Shown one piece after another: positions 47,981 to 59,400 of a DNA stretch of 64,000 bases. This DNA is from an uncultured delta proteobacterium (GTDB lineage: Bacteria > Myxococcota_A > Polyangia > Polyangiales > JAFGIB01): assembly GCA_963778655.1 (NCBI GenBank), contig CAVZVA010000009.1, forward strand, positions 1,248,001 through 1,312,000. The letters run 5' to 3'. The position numbers and the translations under genes were made by a program. Below the pieces are notes generated by a model. It had not been told where the DNA came from. It did not search any database and worked only from the letters and a program-made list of their open reading frames with translations. Within the stretch, counting starts at the first letter, position 1, and each line of letters starts with the position of its first letter.

Positions 47981-49521
47981 TGAAATCCTTGCAAGCAATG
48001 AGCTTAGCTCGGACCTGCACGCTGCTTTGCGGCATCTCCTTGGTCGCGGTCGGTTGTGGCGGCGGCGCGGCGGGCAGCGGCTCGTCGTCGGGCCTGGCGC
48101 GTACCCAGACCGGGACGGCCATCAAGACCGCGGGCGGGCAGACCGTGAATCTCGAGGCCCATAACCGGTGGAAGGAAGGCGTCGCGGCATTCAAAGCGGG
48201 TGAGGCCCAGGGCTGGAACGACCAGCGTTGCGATGCGGCCTCGTCCAAGTTCGAAGCGGCAGCGGATGCGCAGGCGAAGTTTGCGGAGGCGCTGTACATG
48301 GCGGGCGCATCGCAAGCCAGGTGCGACCACAAGCAGAAGGCGGTGGCGTTCTTCCAGAAGGCACTGCGACAGAATCCCAAGTTCTGCAAGGCGCGTGTCG
48401 GGATCGGTCTCGACGATATGGAGTCCGGACGCGATTCCTCTGCGCAGCAGAACTTCGAGATGGCCGTGCGCGACGATCCCCAGTGTACCGAGGGGTACGT
48501 CAATCTGGCGATTCTGCAGCGTCGCAAGGGCGACACCAAGGAAGCGCTCAACAACCTGCGTCGCTCGCTGGCGATTGACGCGCAGTACCTGCCGGCCTTC
48601 AACGAGATGGCGCTGCTCTACCTCCAGTTGGCGAAGGACAACGTGAAGGAGCTGGACCTCGCCGAGGTGGTCTGCAGTCAGGCTCAAAAGATCGACGCCA
48701 AGTTCGCCCCGATCTACAACACGTGGGGCCTGATCGACTTGCGCCGCAAGGAGATCATCAACGCCGCCGCTAAGTTCCAGAAAGCCTTCGACCTGGACCC
48801 GAAGATGTTCGAGGCCTACATGAACTTCGCGCAGATCACGATCGGCTTCCGCGGCTACGAGGATGCGCGCAACGCCTTCACCAAGGCGCTTGAGCTGCAG
48901 CCCAAGAGCTTTGATGCCACGGTGGGTCTCGGCGTGGCCTATCGCGGCTTGGGGCAGAAGGACAAGGCCGAGGAGTACTACAACAAGGCCAAGGACTTGA
49001 ATCCGAACCGACCCGAGCCTTACTACGACCTCGGTGTGCTGTATCAGGACTTCAAGGATGGAACCGCGGACGACGTGAAGAAGGCACGCTCGTTCTACGA
49101 GCAGTTCCTGACCCGCGCCAGCAGCGACGACCGCTACCAGTCCACGGTCGACGACATCAAGCGCCGTTGCAAGAGGCAGAACGGCAAACGCAAGCGCTAC
49201 GACAAGTGCATTTCGGGTCGCTTCCAGAACATCGAGGACTACCTCCAGGCCCTCAAGGACATGGAGGAGATGGCAAAGCTGCAGAAGGAGTCGGAGAAGC
49301 AGCAGGCCGAGCTCGAGAAGCAAGAGAAGGAAGAGGCAGCGCGCAACCCGAAGCCGGCGGCCCCGCCAGAAGGCAATGGCGGTCAGGCCGGTGCGGGCGA
49401 CGCTGCAGGCGCACCTGCAAGTGGTGCCGGTGCGGCCGATGCCGGCGGCGGCAAGGACAAGGCTGCTCCGGCCGCTCCCGCAGGCAAGCCCGATGCCGCG
49501 GGCGGCAACAAGAAGAAGTGA
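47980..49521 (+). CDS. gltE: Gliding motility TPR lipoprotein GltE/AglT-like
   Basis: Lipobox VAVGC; TPRs (ELDLAE+V, YNTWGLI, EA.MN...I...+R.Y..A, LGVAYRG.G); lies between the gltD-like gene and gltF. Confidence 0.8.
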   Translation: MKSLQAMSLARTCTLLCGISLVAVGCGGGAAGSGSSSGLARTQTGTAIKTAGGQTVNLEAHNRWKEGVAAFKAGEAQGWNDQRCDAASSKFEAAADAQAKFAEALYMAGASQARCDHKQKAVAFFQKALRQNPKFCKARVGIGLDDMESGRDSSAQQNFEMAVRDDPQCTEGYVNLAILQRRKGDTKEALNNLRRSLAIDAQYLPAFNEMALLYLQLAKDNVKELDLAEVVCSQAQKIDAKFAPIYNTWGLIDLRRKEIINAAAKFQKAFDLDPKMFEAYMNFAQITIGFRGYEDARNAFTKALELQPKSFDATVGLGVAYRGLGQKDKAEEYYNKAKDLNPNRPEPYYDLGVLYQDFKDGTADDVKKARSFYEQFLTRASSDDRYQSTVDDIKRRCKRQNGKRKRYDKCISGRFQNIEDYLQALKDMEEMAKLQKESEKQQAELEKQEKEEAARNPKPAAPPEGNGGQAGAGDAAGAPASGAGAADAGGGKDKAAPAAPAGKPDAAGGNKKK

Positions 49522-49686
49522 AGCAAAGGTGGGCCGGCGCTGGAACCTCGGCGGGGCGCTGATGTCCAACCAGAGCTGTGAAGGAGTCGTACATAAAACC
49601 CTGTAAAATTGGAAAAGCAGGGTTGGTGTGCGTTGCCCCTTCGAGGGTCGGGCGGTAGGCTGGCGGACACTGTAGGAGATGTCGTC

Positions 49687-49950
49687 ATGAACAAACTGCT
49701 ATCCATCATCATGGTTGGGGCGCTGGGAGCGGTTGCCGTTCCTGTGAAAGCACAGCAGGCGGCTGGCGGCGGCGGCGGCGGTGCCGCAGACGCCACCAGC
49801 TACGACTTCGAGGATGACTTGGTGCAGGGCGATCTGGTGCGGCCTGACGGCGAGAACCTGATGGTTCGCCGGCGCGGTGCCCGCGAATCGCTGATACGGA
49901 TTCGTGAGCACTTCATCAATGAGCTGCTCAAGTCCGTGGAGAATCTTTGA
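49687..49950 (+). CDS. gltF: Gliding motility protein GltF/CglF
   Basis: AGGAG RBS; signal peptide; DFEDD.V.GDL.+PDGE....R......LIRIRE.F...L..SV..L. Confidence 0.88.
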   Translation: MNKLLSIIMVGALGAVAVPVKAQQAAGGGGGGAADATSYDFEDDLVQGDLVRPDGENLMVRRRGARESLIRIREHFINELLKSVENL

Positions 49951-50081
49951 GAACCTGAGCTTGGGCTTGGTTGTCTGTTCCGGTGGCCGGGCGTGATGAG
50001 CGCACGTCCGGGGTCGGTGAGAGACCGACACAGAGGGTTTCGAGAATCGCGCGCGCTTTGCGAAGCGCTCCGGAGGCTGTG

Positions 50082-52202
50082 GTGCCAATTCCGATTACGT
50101 TTCACATCTATGAGGGCGACCAGCTCTCGCGAACCGAGACGTTTGCACAGGACGTCATCAAGATCGGCAAGCTCGACTCGAGCCACTTGCGTATCGATGA
50201 CGCTGCCGTCTCACGGATGCACTCCGTGATCGAGGTGTCAGGACCGGGCGAGGTCTACATCATCGATCTCGGGTCGGCATCGGGCACCATTGTCAACGGC
50301 CAGCGCGTGAACAAGGCGAGGCTGGAATCTGGCGATCAGATTCAGTTCGGCGGCACGGTCGTGGTCGTTGAGCTCGGAGCCGAAGAGGCCGAGCAACCGG
50401 CCGCGGCAGAGCCGCCTCAGATGCCGGTGGCCGCTGCGACGCAACAAATGGCGGGCGGCTTCACACCGCCGGCACAGGCACAGGCACCGCTGCCCGCGCC
50501 CTTTAGCGGTGTGCCGCAGCCCGGCCCTGGCTATGCGCCGCAGACGCAGATCGGCCTTCCGCAACCGCCGGCCTATGCTCAGCCCCAGGCGCAGCCGCTG
50601 CAGGGCTACACGCAGCAGGGCTACGCGCAAGCGGCGCCCCAGGCGATGGCGCAGCCGATGGCCGCGGGCAGCATTGCAGCCGAGGCGGCCGCCGACTACG
50701 GCGAGCCGGTGACCTATCAGCTCGTGCCGACGGCGCCGCCGGTCAATCCGGCGGATATCGATTCGTCCGAGACCGCGGTGGAAGTGGTCTTGATGTGGGG
50801 CGACTTGAGCATCCTGCATGTCGAGCACATGTCCCCCCCGCGATCGTTCTACGTTGGCGAAGCGACCGACGCGAAGGGCAAGCCCGCTACCGACTTCTTG
50901 ATCGGCAGCGAATCGCTTGGCACCGATCGGATGCCGGTCGCAATCGAATCGGGGGCGTCGGTTGCGGTCGTGCTGCCGCACGGCGCGACCGGCGACGTCA
51001 CCATCAACAACCAGAGCATCACCTTCGAGGAGCTGGCCGCGCAGGGTCAGCTCCAGGCCTGCTCGGAGCTGGCGGGCGCCATGCAGTACCCGCTGCCGCC
51101 GGGCGCCACCGCGCGGGTGCAGTACCGCGGGTTCACGTTCATCGTGAAGCCGATGTCCGCCGCGCGCCGCGTTGGCATCGGCGGCTCTCCTTATCTCAAT
51201 CTCAAGGACTACGTCTGGACCCTCGCTTCGATGGCGTTCCACATCGGCCTGCTGCTGTTGTTCTACTTCTTGCCGCCGAGGTCGTCTTCGCTCTCTCTGG
51301 ACCTGCTCAACGCGGACTCGCGCCTGGTCAAGTACCTGATCGAGCCGCCCGAGACCGAGGAGCAGGAGACGCCGGAGTGGCTTGACGACAGCAAGATGGA
51401 CGACGAGGAGGGCGGCAAGGGCAAGCGTCACAAAGACGAAGAAGGCCAGATGGGGAAGAAGGACGAGAAGAAGACCAAGAACAAGTTCGGCATCGAAGGT
51501 CCTGAGAACAACGAAGATCCCCACATGGCCCGCGAAGAGGCCAAGGAAATGGCCGCCAACGCGGGCATCATCGGCATCCTCAAGGCCAGCGTGGGCGCCT
51601 GGAATTCGCCCACCTCGCCGTATGGGCGCGACACCGCGCTGGGCAACGACGCGATGAGCGCGCTGGGCGCGTTGATGGGCGACCAGATCGGCTCGAACTT
51701 CGGCTTCGGTGGCCTCGGGCTGCGCGGCACCGGTCGCGGTGGCGGTGGCACGGGTGAGGGCACCATCGGCCTGGGCAATATTGGCACCATCGGCCACGGC
51801 GCCGGCGGCGGCACGGGCTCCGGCTACGGCCGTGGTGCGGGCGGCTTCCACGGTCGTTCGGCCAAGGTGCCGTTCATCCGCAGCGGCAAGGCGGACGTGC
51901 GCGGCTCGCTCTCCAAGGAGGTGATCCGGCGCATCATCCACCGCCACATCAACGAGGTTCGTTTCTGTTACGAGCAAGAGCTCAACCAGCGCCCGGACCT
52001 GCAGGGACGCGTGTCCGTGAAGTTCATCATCTCGCCGACGGGCGCCGTGCAGACGGCCGCGCTGGCGGCGTCGACGATGAGCAACGGCAAGGTCGAGCAG
52101 TGCATCGTGAGCGCGGTGCGCCGCTGGACGTTCCCCTCTCCCGAGGGCGGCGGCATCGTGGTCGTCACCTATCCGTTCGTGCTGGCGCAGACGGGCGGCT
52201 AG
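50082..52202 (+). CDS. gltG: Gliding motility protein GltG/PglI (FHA, TM, Gly-rich linker, TonB C-terminal domain)
   Basis: GGAGG RBS before GTG; FHA (IKIGKL.SSHL...D..VSR.HSVIE...DLGS..GT.VNG); TM with S...H motif; EEG.MGK; Gly-rich stretch; G.L.KE.IR..I......+RFCYE..L...P.L.G.V...F.I...G.V. Confidence 0.9.
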   Translation: MPIPITFHIYEGDQLSRTETFAQDVIKIGKLDSSHLRIDDAAVSRMHSVIEVSGPGEVYIIDLGSASGTIVNGQRVNKARLESGDQIQFGGTVVVVELGAEEAEQPAAAEPPQMPVAAATQQMAGGFTPPAQAQAPLPAPFSGVPQPGPGYAPQTQIGLPQPPAYAQPQAQPLQGYTQQGYAQAAPQAMAQPMAAGSIAAEAAADYGEPVTYQLVPTAPPVNPADIDSSETAVEVVLMWGDLSILHVEHMSPPRSFYVGEATDAKGKPATDFLIGSESLGTDRMPVAIESGASVAVVLPHGATGDVTINNQSITFEELAAQGQLQACSELAGAMQYPLPPGATARVQYRGFTFIVKPMSAARRVGIGGSPYLNLKDYVWTLASMAFHIGLLLLFYFLPPRSSSLSLDLLNADSRLVKYLIEPPETEEQETPEWLDDSKMDDEEGGKGKRHKDEEGQMGKKDEKKTKNKFGIEGPENNEDPHMAREEAKEMAANAGIIGILKASVGAWNSPTSPYGRDTALGNDAMSALGALMGDQIGSNFGFGGLGLRGTGRGGGGTGEGTIGLGNIGTIGHGAGGGTGSGYGRGAGGFHGRSAKVPFIRSGKADVRGSLSKEVIRRIIHRHINEVRFCYEQELNQRPDLQGRVSVKFIISPTGAVQTAALAASTMSNGKVEQCIVSAVRRWTFPSPEGGGIVVVTYPFVLAQTGG

Positions 52203-52237
52203 CCGACGAGGCGGGTTCCCGGCTGCGGCCGGGCCGG

Positions 52238-52278
52238 CGAGCGGACGCTTGTGAACAGGCGTCCGCTCGTTGCGTTTT
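52238..52278 (+). terminator. Intrinsic terminator after gltG
   Basis: CGAGCGGACGCTTG / CAGGCGTCCGCTCG stem followed by TTGCGTTTT. Confidence 0.7.
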
Positions 52279-52461
52279 GGCCGCTGCGACCGAGCGAAAT
52301 CGCGCCATTCGGGCGACGGCTCGGCCCAGAGCCGGCCCGCGGCCGCGACAACAAGCGCTGAAGCAGGAAATTCAGGCTGCAAAATCGCGACTTTGCAGTT
52401 GAGTTGCTACCCTTTGCTCCCGTAACATGCCAGCGGATCCCTCTCCCCAAAGGAGCCGGCC

Positions 52462-53335
52462 ATGAAGCGGTGTCAGGTGTTGTCAGTCGCGGTGCTCGCG
52501 GTGGTGGTGTGCGTTGGCGGCAACTGCTCGCGCGCTCGCGTCGAGTCGATGAACAAGATGAACGAGGGCGTGATCGCGGCGCAGCAGAAGCGTCACGTGG
52601 ATGCGATCAAGCTGCTCGAGCAGGCGGCCGCGATCGATCCGCAGAACGATCAGGTGTTCTGGAACATGGCGATCGTGCACATGGAGATGCGTAAGTACGA
52701 TCGGGCCAAGGACGACCTGCAGAAGGGCATTGCCGTCAATCCGAACTCCGCCGGGTACCAGGAGAAGCTGGGCACGGTGCTGATGGAGCTGCACGACTGG
52801 CAAGCGGCCAAGGCACCCCTGGAAAAGGCGATTCAGCTCGAGCCCGAGCTGTTCAAGGCCTACTACAAGCTGGCCCAGGTCGACGAGCAGCTCGATGATC
52901 AGCAGAGCGCGCTCAAGCACTACACGGAGGCGATCGAGAAGGGACCGCGCTTTCTGGAAGCGTATAGCGCGCTGGGTCGCCTCTACGCCGATCTCGGGTA
53001 CCTGGAGCAGTCGGTGCAGGTGCTGAACGAGGCGCTCAAAGTGGCCCTGAAGGGGACCGAGGAAGAGGCGAACGTCCACCATCTTCTCGGCACCGTGCTG
53101 CAGCAGCAGAAGAAGTACGACCAGGCGATTGCCGAGTTCAAAGCGGCGCTCGACGTCGTGCCCGGCATGCGGGACGCTTTGTTTTCGCTCGGTTGGACCT
53201 ATGATTTGAAGGGGAACAAGGATGAGGCCAAGCGCTACCTTCAGAAATTTCGTGGATGTCGCGGGGGCCGAGGCTCCGGCGCACTACGTGAAGGCGGCTC
53301 GGGACAAGCTGTCCGAGATGGCCGAAGGCTTCTAG
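52462..53335 (+). CDS. TPR-repeat (lipo)protein with apparent 1-nt frameshift near the 3' end
   Basis: AGGAG RBS, signal peptide with GGNC, about 7 TPRs. The frame turns aberrant after AAA TTT at 53245-50; the +1 frame gives VDVAGAEAPAHYVKAARDKLSEMAEGF* ending at 53335. Confidence 0.8.
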
Positions 53336-53376
53336 CCACGTACGCCTACATCACGGTAACGGTTTTCCGGCAGCGA

Positions 53377-53404
53377 ACGCCGGGCACGCTTGCGTGCCCG
53401 GCGT
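53377..53404. other. Perfect 13-bp inverted repeat upstream of gltI
   Basis: ACGCCGGGCACGC-TT-GCGTGCCCGGCGT; no U tract. Confidence 0.65.
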
Positions 53405-53485
53405 CGTGTCGTCCTAGAGGTCGTGAAATCAACGTGGCTCGAAGCTGTGAATGCTCAGGCTTGAGGGGATTTGCAGGAGGCTTAC

Positions 53486-56400
53486 GTGTCGGACAACGAC
53501 GTTCCCGTGACCACTGAGTCCGAGGAGGATGTGCGCGATTCGACCGATGCGGACGGTTCGCAGCGGAGGACCGGCAACGGCGGGGGCGGAACACCGAGAG
53601 AGCTGAGCGCCGATGAGCGCGCTCGGCTCGCGACCCTGGACGAGGCGCTCCAGAAGTTTCAAGCGCAGAAGCGCTGGTCGGACGTGATCAAGACCACGCT
53701 CGAGAAAGCGGAGCTGGTTCACGATCCAGACCGGAAAGTGGAGCTGTTCGCCGACGCCGGACGCATGTACCTGGAGCGGTCCTCGAACCAGGCCGAGGCG
53801 ATCAAGTGTTTTCGTCGGGTGCTCGAAATCGCGCCGGACAACCGCGAGGCGATCGATCGCCTCAAGGAGATGTACGAGAAGCGCCGCGACTGGGAGCGCC
53901 TGATCGAGATCATGCGCGGCGAGTGCCTGCTGCTGGCGACGTCCGAGCAGACCGCGCGCCGTCTCGAGCTCGCGCGGCTCGCGACCGAGCGCCTGCGTAA
54001 GCCGGCGATCTGCATCGAGCTGTGGCAGGACGTGAGGGCGATCGACGCCGACAATCCGGAGGCGGTTGCGGCGCTGGCCAACCTGTACGAGCGGGCGCGA
54101 GAGTGGGCGCCGCTGGCGGAGGTGTTGGAGAAGCGGAGCCATCAGCTCAGCGACAAGACCGAAAGCGTTCACCTGCTGCAGAAGCTGGGCATGATCTACG
54201 CCGATCAGCTCAACGACGATCAGGGCGCGATCGAAGCGTTCAAGCGCCTGCTGCAGCTGGAGCCCGATGATCGCCGCGCGCAGGAGCAGCTCAAGAAGCG
54301 CTACGTGGCCGCCCACGCCTGGGACGACCTCGAGGCCTTCTATGATGCGACCGGCAAGTATGACGAGCTGATCCGTACGCTGGAGCGCGCCGCCGACGCC
54401 AAGGACGGCGAGCAGGACGAACGCATCACGCTGTTGTTCCGCGTCGCACGCCTGTGGAGCGATCGCATGAATGCGCCCGATCGCGCGGCCCGCGCCTACG
54501 AGAAGGTGCTGGCGCTCGACCCGGCCAACCTCGACGCGGCCGAAGCGTTGACGCCGATCTACGAGCGTTCGGGCGACGCCAAGAAGCTGGTCGGCATGTA
54601 CGAGGTCCGCCTGCAGCATACCGAGGATCCCGACGAGCGCGTGCTGCTGCTGCGCGAGGCCGGGCTGCTGTACGAGGAGAAGCTGCGTAGCCCGCAGCAG
54701 GCCTTTGAGCGGATGGTGCAAGCCTTCGTGATCGATCCGTCACAGGACGTGCTGCGCGAGGATCTCGAGCGCCTGGCCGGCAAGACTAAGGACTGGCAGC
54801 CGGTGTTCGCGGCGTACGCCAAGGCGATCGAGGAGGCGACGCATCCCGACGACGCCAACGATCTACGCCTGCACTACGGGCGGATGCTCGGCGAAGCCGG
54901 CTTGCAGGAGGATGCGATCGAGCAGTATCGCGCGGTCTGGGACGACCGCCCCGACGACCAGGCCGCGATCGGTGCGCTCGAGGCGCTGTACCGGAGCACC
55001 GAGCGCTTTGCCGACCTGCTACGCGTGCTGGAGCGGCGCGTCGAGCTGGAGAGCGACCCGAGCGTGCGCAAGGAGCTCGCGTACGACATCGCCCGGCTCT
55101 ATCGGGAGCAGCTCGACGATGCCGACCGCGCGATCGAGGCCTATCGGAACATCCCGCTGGAGTTCGGCGAGGAGGAGAACGAGGCCTATCGCGCCCTGGA
55201 ACAGCTCTACGAGCAGCAGCAGCGCTGGCAGGATCTGGCCGAGACTCTGGAGCACCGCATCGATCTCGGGCCGGCCAGCGACGAGGAGCTCGCGGCGCTG
55301 AAGTTTCGCCTGGCCGAGGTGCTGCGCAATCGGCTCGCGGACGGCGCGCGCGCGCTCGAGCTGCTGTGCGAGGTGCTCACGATCATGCCCGAGCACGAGG
55401 GCGCGTTGAGCGCGCTCGAGAGCCTGCTGCGTGACGCCGAGCTGGGACCGCGGGCTGCCGCGATCCTCGAGCCGATCTACGAGGGCCGCAACGAGTGGGA
55501 CAAGCTGATCCACGCGCTGGACGTGCTCGCCGCCTCGGTCGGGCCCGGGGACCAGCGCGTCGACCTCATCACCCGCGTGGGCGAGATCTACGCCGAGCGC
55601 TTGCAGGACCAGGCCAAGGCGCTCGAGGTGTATTGCCGCGCGCTGCGGGAGGCGCCGGACAGCCCGGGCATCTCCGCGCGGCTCGAGGAGCTGGCCAAGG
55701 CGCAGGGACAGCTCGGCATGATGGTCGAGCTGCTGAGCGAGCTGGCGGATCAGGCACAAGACCCGTTGCTGGGCAAGCAGCTGTGGGTGAAGGCGGCCAC
55801 CCTGCACGAGGTCGAGCTCGAAGACGTCGATGGGGCGGTGGCCGCATACATGCACGCGCTCGAGCTCGACGAAGGCGACATGGAGATCCTCGGGGCACTC
55901 GAGGGCCTTTACCGGCGCACCGAGCGCTGGCGCGAGCTGCTCTCGGTGCTGCGGCGCAAGGTCGACGCCGTCATCGATCCGCGCGAGCAAGAGCAGCTGC
56001 TGGCGCAGATGGCGGCGATTCACGACGAGATGCTGCACGAGCCCAAGCAGGCGATCCGGATCTACAACGAGGTCCTGGAAGCGGACCCAGGAAGCGTCAC
56101 GGCACTAAGCGCGCTCGATGCGCTGTACGAGCGGCAACAGATGTGGAGCGAGCTCGCGGATAATCTCAGTCGCCAGCTGTCGATGGCGGAGGAGGAGGGC
56201 GCGCGCACGGCGCTGATGTTGCGCCTGGCCGGCCTGCGCGAGGCGCGCATGGACGACGTGCTCGGCGCGATCGAGATTTATCGCGAGGTGCTCGATCGGG
56301 ACCCGAGCTCCGCGGCGGCGTTGAGCGCGCTCGAGCGCTTGTTGCAGCAGCCGGAGCAGCAGGTCCGCGTGGCCGAGATCCTGGAGCCGCTGTACCGGGA

Positions 56401-59400
56401 CTCGGGCGATGTGCGTAAGCTGATCGGCATCCACGAGATCCAGCTTCAGCACAGCGAGTCGACCGATCAGCGAGTCGATTTGCTGGGCCGGATGGCGGAG
56501 CTGTACGAGGTGCAGCTCGAGGACATCGAAGGTGCATTCCGTTGCCATGCGCGTGCTCTGCACGAGGATCCGGGCAATCCCGACACGCAGGAACAGCTCG
56601 AGCGGTTGGCGGCCTCGGCCGGCGCCTTCCAGGCGCTCGCCGAGACCTATGAGGCGCAGCTCGATGCGACCGAGGACGAACAGGTCCGCGCGGTTCTGCA
56701 CACCAAGGTGGCCGAGATTCGCGAGACGCGTCTGGGGGACGTGGAGGGCGCGATCGCGCACTACCGTCGGGTCCTCGAGCTCAGCGAGAACAATCTCGAC
56801 GCGGCCAGCGCGCTCGAGCGCCTGTACCAGATGTCGGAGCGCTACGAAGATCTGGGCCAGATCTTCCTAGCCAAAGCGGTGATGCTCGACGTGCCCGACG
56901 AGCAGCGCGACCACTACTTTCGCGCGGGTCAGATCTACGAGGAGATCCTGGACCGCCCCGAGCAGGCGATCGACGTCTATCAGCGGTCGTTGCAGGTCGA
57001 GCCCGACGATATCGAGGCGCTCGACAAGTTGATCGGATTGCTGCTGCGGCTGGAGCGCTGGGAAAGCCTGCTCGACGCCTACATGAGCAAGGCGGACATC
57101 GTCGAGGATGCGGAGCAGAAGAAGGCGCTCTACGCTGAGGTCGGCGCGGTCCACGAGGCCAAGCTCGGTCAGATCGACAAGGCGATCGAGACCTATCAGC
57201 GCATCCTCGAGATCGATCCCGACGACGCCACCGCGGTGGCGCGGCTGGATGCGCTGTATCATGCGGCCGGCAACTGGGAGGAACTGCTCTCGATCCTGGA
57301 GCGCGAGGCGGAGCTCGCCACTGACCCGGGCCAGGCGCTCGAGTTCCGCTACCGCATCGGCGGGCTGTTCGAGCAACGGCTCGCGGACCCCTACCGCGCG
57401 GTCGAGGTTTATGGCGAGGTCCTCGAAGCGCAGCCCGATCACGTGGCCGCGCAGGCCGCGCTCGAGCGCATGATCGCGGCCGGCAAGGAGCCGGTGGCCG
57501 CCGCACGCGTGCTGGAACCGATCTACCGCGCAGCGGCGGAGTCGCACAAGCTCGTCGCGGTGCTCGAGGTGTTGGTCGCGAATGAGGAAGACCCGCTGCG
57601 CAAGGTGGAGCTGCTGCACCAGATCGCGGAGCTGCACGACGTGCACCTGGACCAGCCGCGCGCGGCCTTCGAGGCCTACGCGCGCGCGTTGCACCACGAC
57701 AACGGCAACGAGCGCACCCTGACGGCGATCGAGCGTCTGGCCGAGCGGCTTTCGAGCTGGGCGGAGCTGGCGCAGCTCTACGACGCGGAGATCGCGGGCT
57801 TGCGCGAGGAATCGCCGGACCTGGCCGTGGATCTGGCACTGCGTCTGGCGAGGATCTGCGAGGTGCAAATCGGCAGCGTGGACGCGGCGATCCAGCGCTA
57901 CCGGATCGTGTACGAGATCGATCCGGGCCACCCCGAGGCCCTGGCATCGCTCGACCGCTTGTACGAGGTGGCCGAGCGCTGGCGGGACTTGGCCGAGGTG
58001 CTGGCCAAGGAGGCCGAGGTCGCGGGCAGCCCCGATGACGTGCTCGCCCTTCAGTTCCGTCTGGGCCAGTTGCAGCAGGTCAGGCTGGGCGACATAGAGC
58101 AGGCGATCGAGCAGTACCGCGAAATTTTGGCTGCGGCGCCCGAGCACGAAGGGGCACTGGCGGCGCTCGAAGGTCTGTTCGAGCAGGGCGTGCAGCCGGT
58201 CACGATCGGCGAGATTCTCGAGCCGCTCTACCGCATGCAGGACGCCTGGGAGAAGCTGATCGGCGTCCAGCACGCGCTGCTGCGGGTTCAGGGCTCGATC
58301 GACGATCGCATCGCGGCGATGCACCGTATCGCCGAGATCGCCGAGGAGCGTCTGGGCGACATCGCGCTCGCGTTCACGTGGATGCAGCGCGCGCTGATCG
58401 AGGATCCGCTGCACGATCACTCGCTGTCCGAAGCCGAGCGTCTGGCCGGAATGTCGGGAGAGTGGGCGGTGCTGGCGAGCACCTACGCGCAGATCATGGA
58501 GCGCGAGACGCGCAAAGAGGTCGTGGTGGCGATCGGCAAGCGCCTCGCCCGCGTGTATGAGGAAGAGCTCGCGGACGTCGTGCGTGCGGAGGAGGCGTTC
58601 CGCTACGCGGTCGCGGTCGACGATCGGGATCAGGACGTGCTCGAGGCGTTGGACCGCATCTACAGCGAGCACGGCGCCGGCCACGCGCTGGCCGAGGTGC
58701 TGCGCAAGCGGGTCGCGGCCGCCGACGATCCCGAGCAGAAGATCGATCTCATGCAGCGTTTGGGCAACGTGCTCTACAACGACGTGGGCAGCACGGCCGA
58801 GGCGATCGTCGTGTTCCAGGAGATCCTCGAGCAGGAGCCCGAACGCGAGGACACGCTGCGAGCGTTGCAGAACGTGTACCTGATCACCCAGAACTGGGAG
58901 CAACTCCAGCAGGTCTACGAGAAGGAGCTGGACGTCGTGGTCGGCGATACGGCGCAGGCGGAGATCCTGGGTCGCATGGCGATGCTGGCCTGGACCAAGC
59001 TCAACGACCTTGACGGCGCAGTTCAGCTCATGAAGCGCGTGCTCGATCTGCTTGGCGAGGATCCCGAGGCGCTGAACGCGCTCGGCAACATCTACGCGCT
59101 TCAGGAGAACTGGGCCGACCTGGTCGACGTGCTCGAGCGCGAGGTCGCAGTGTGCGACGACGACGCTCTGCGGGTACGCATCTATTCCGACCTGGGGCGC
59201 ATCTGGTATGACAAGTTGCACCGCGATCGCAACGCGCTCGAGAGCTGGGAACGGGTGCTCGACCTCGATCCGAGCTATACCGACGCGCTATTCGCAATTG
59301 CCGAGATCCATCGGGCGGCGGGATCGTATTCCGACCTGGTCGACACGCTGCACCGCGTGATCGACGTCGGCGGCGCCACGCTCGACGACATGGTGATCGA

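Noticed and set aside
52462..53335. Assignment as Tgl/PilF type IV pilus pilotin
   Set aside because: Only generic TPR-lipoprotein similarity; it lacks the Cys-rich C-terminus of Tgl and has no pil gene context.
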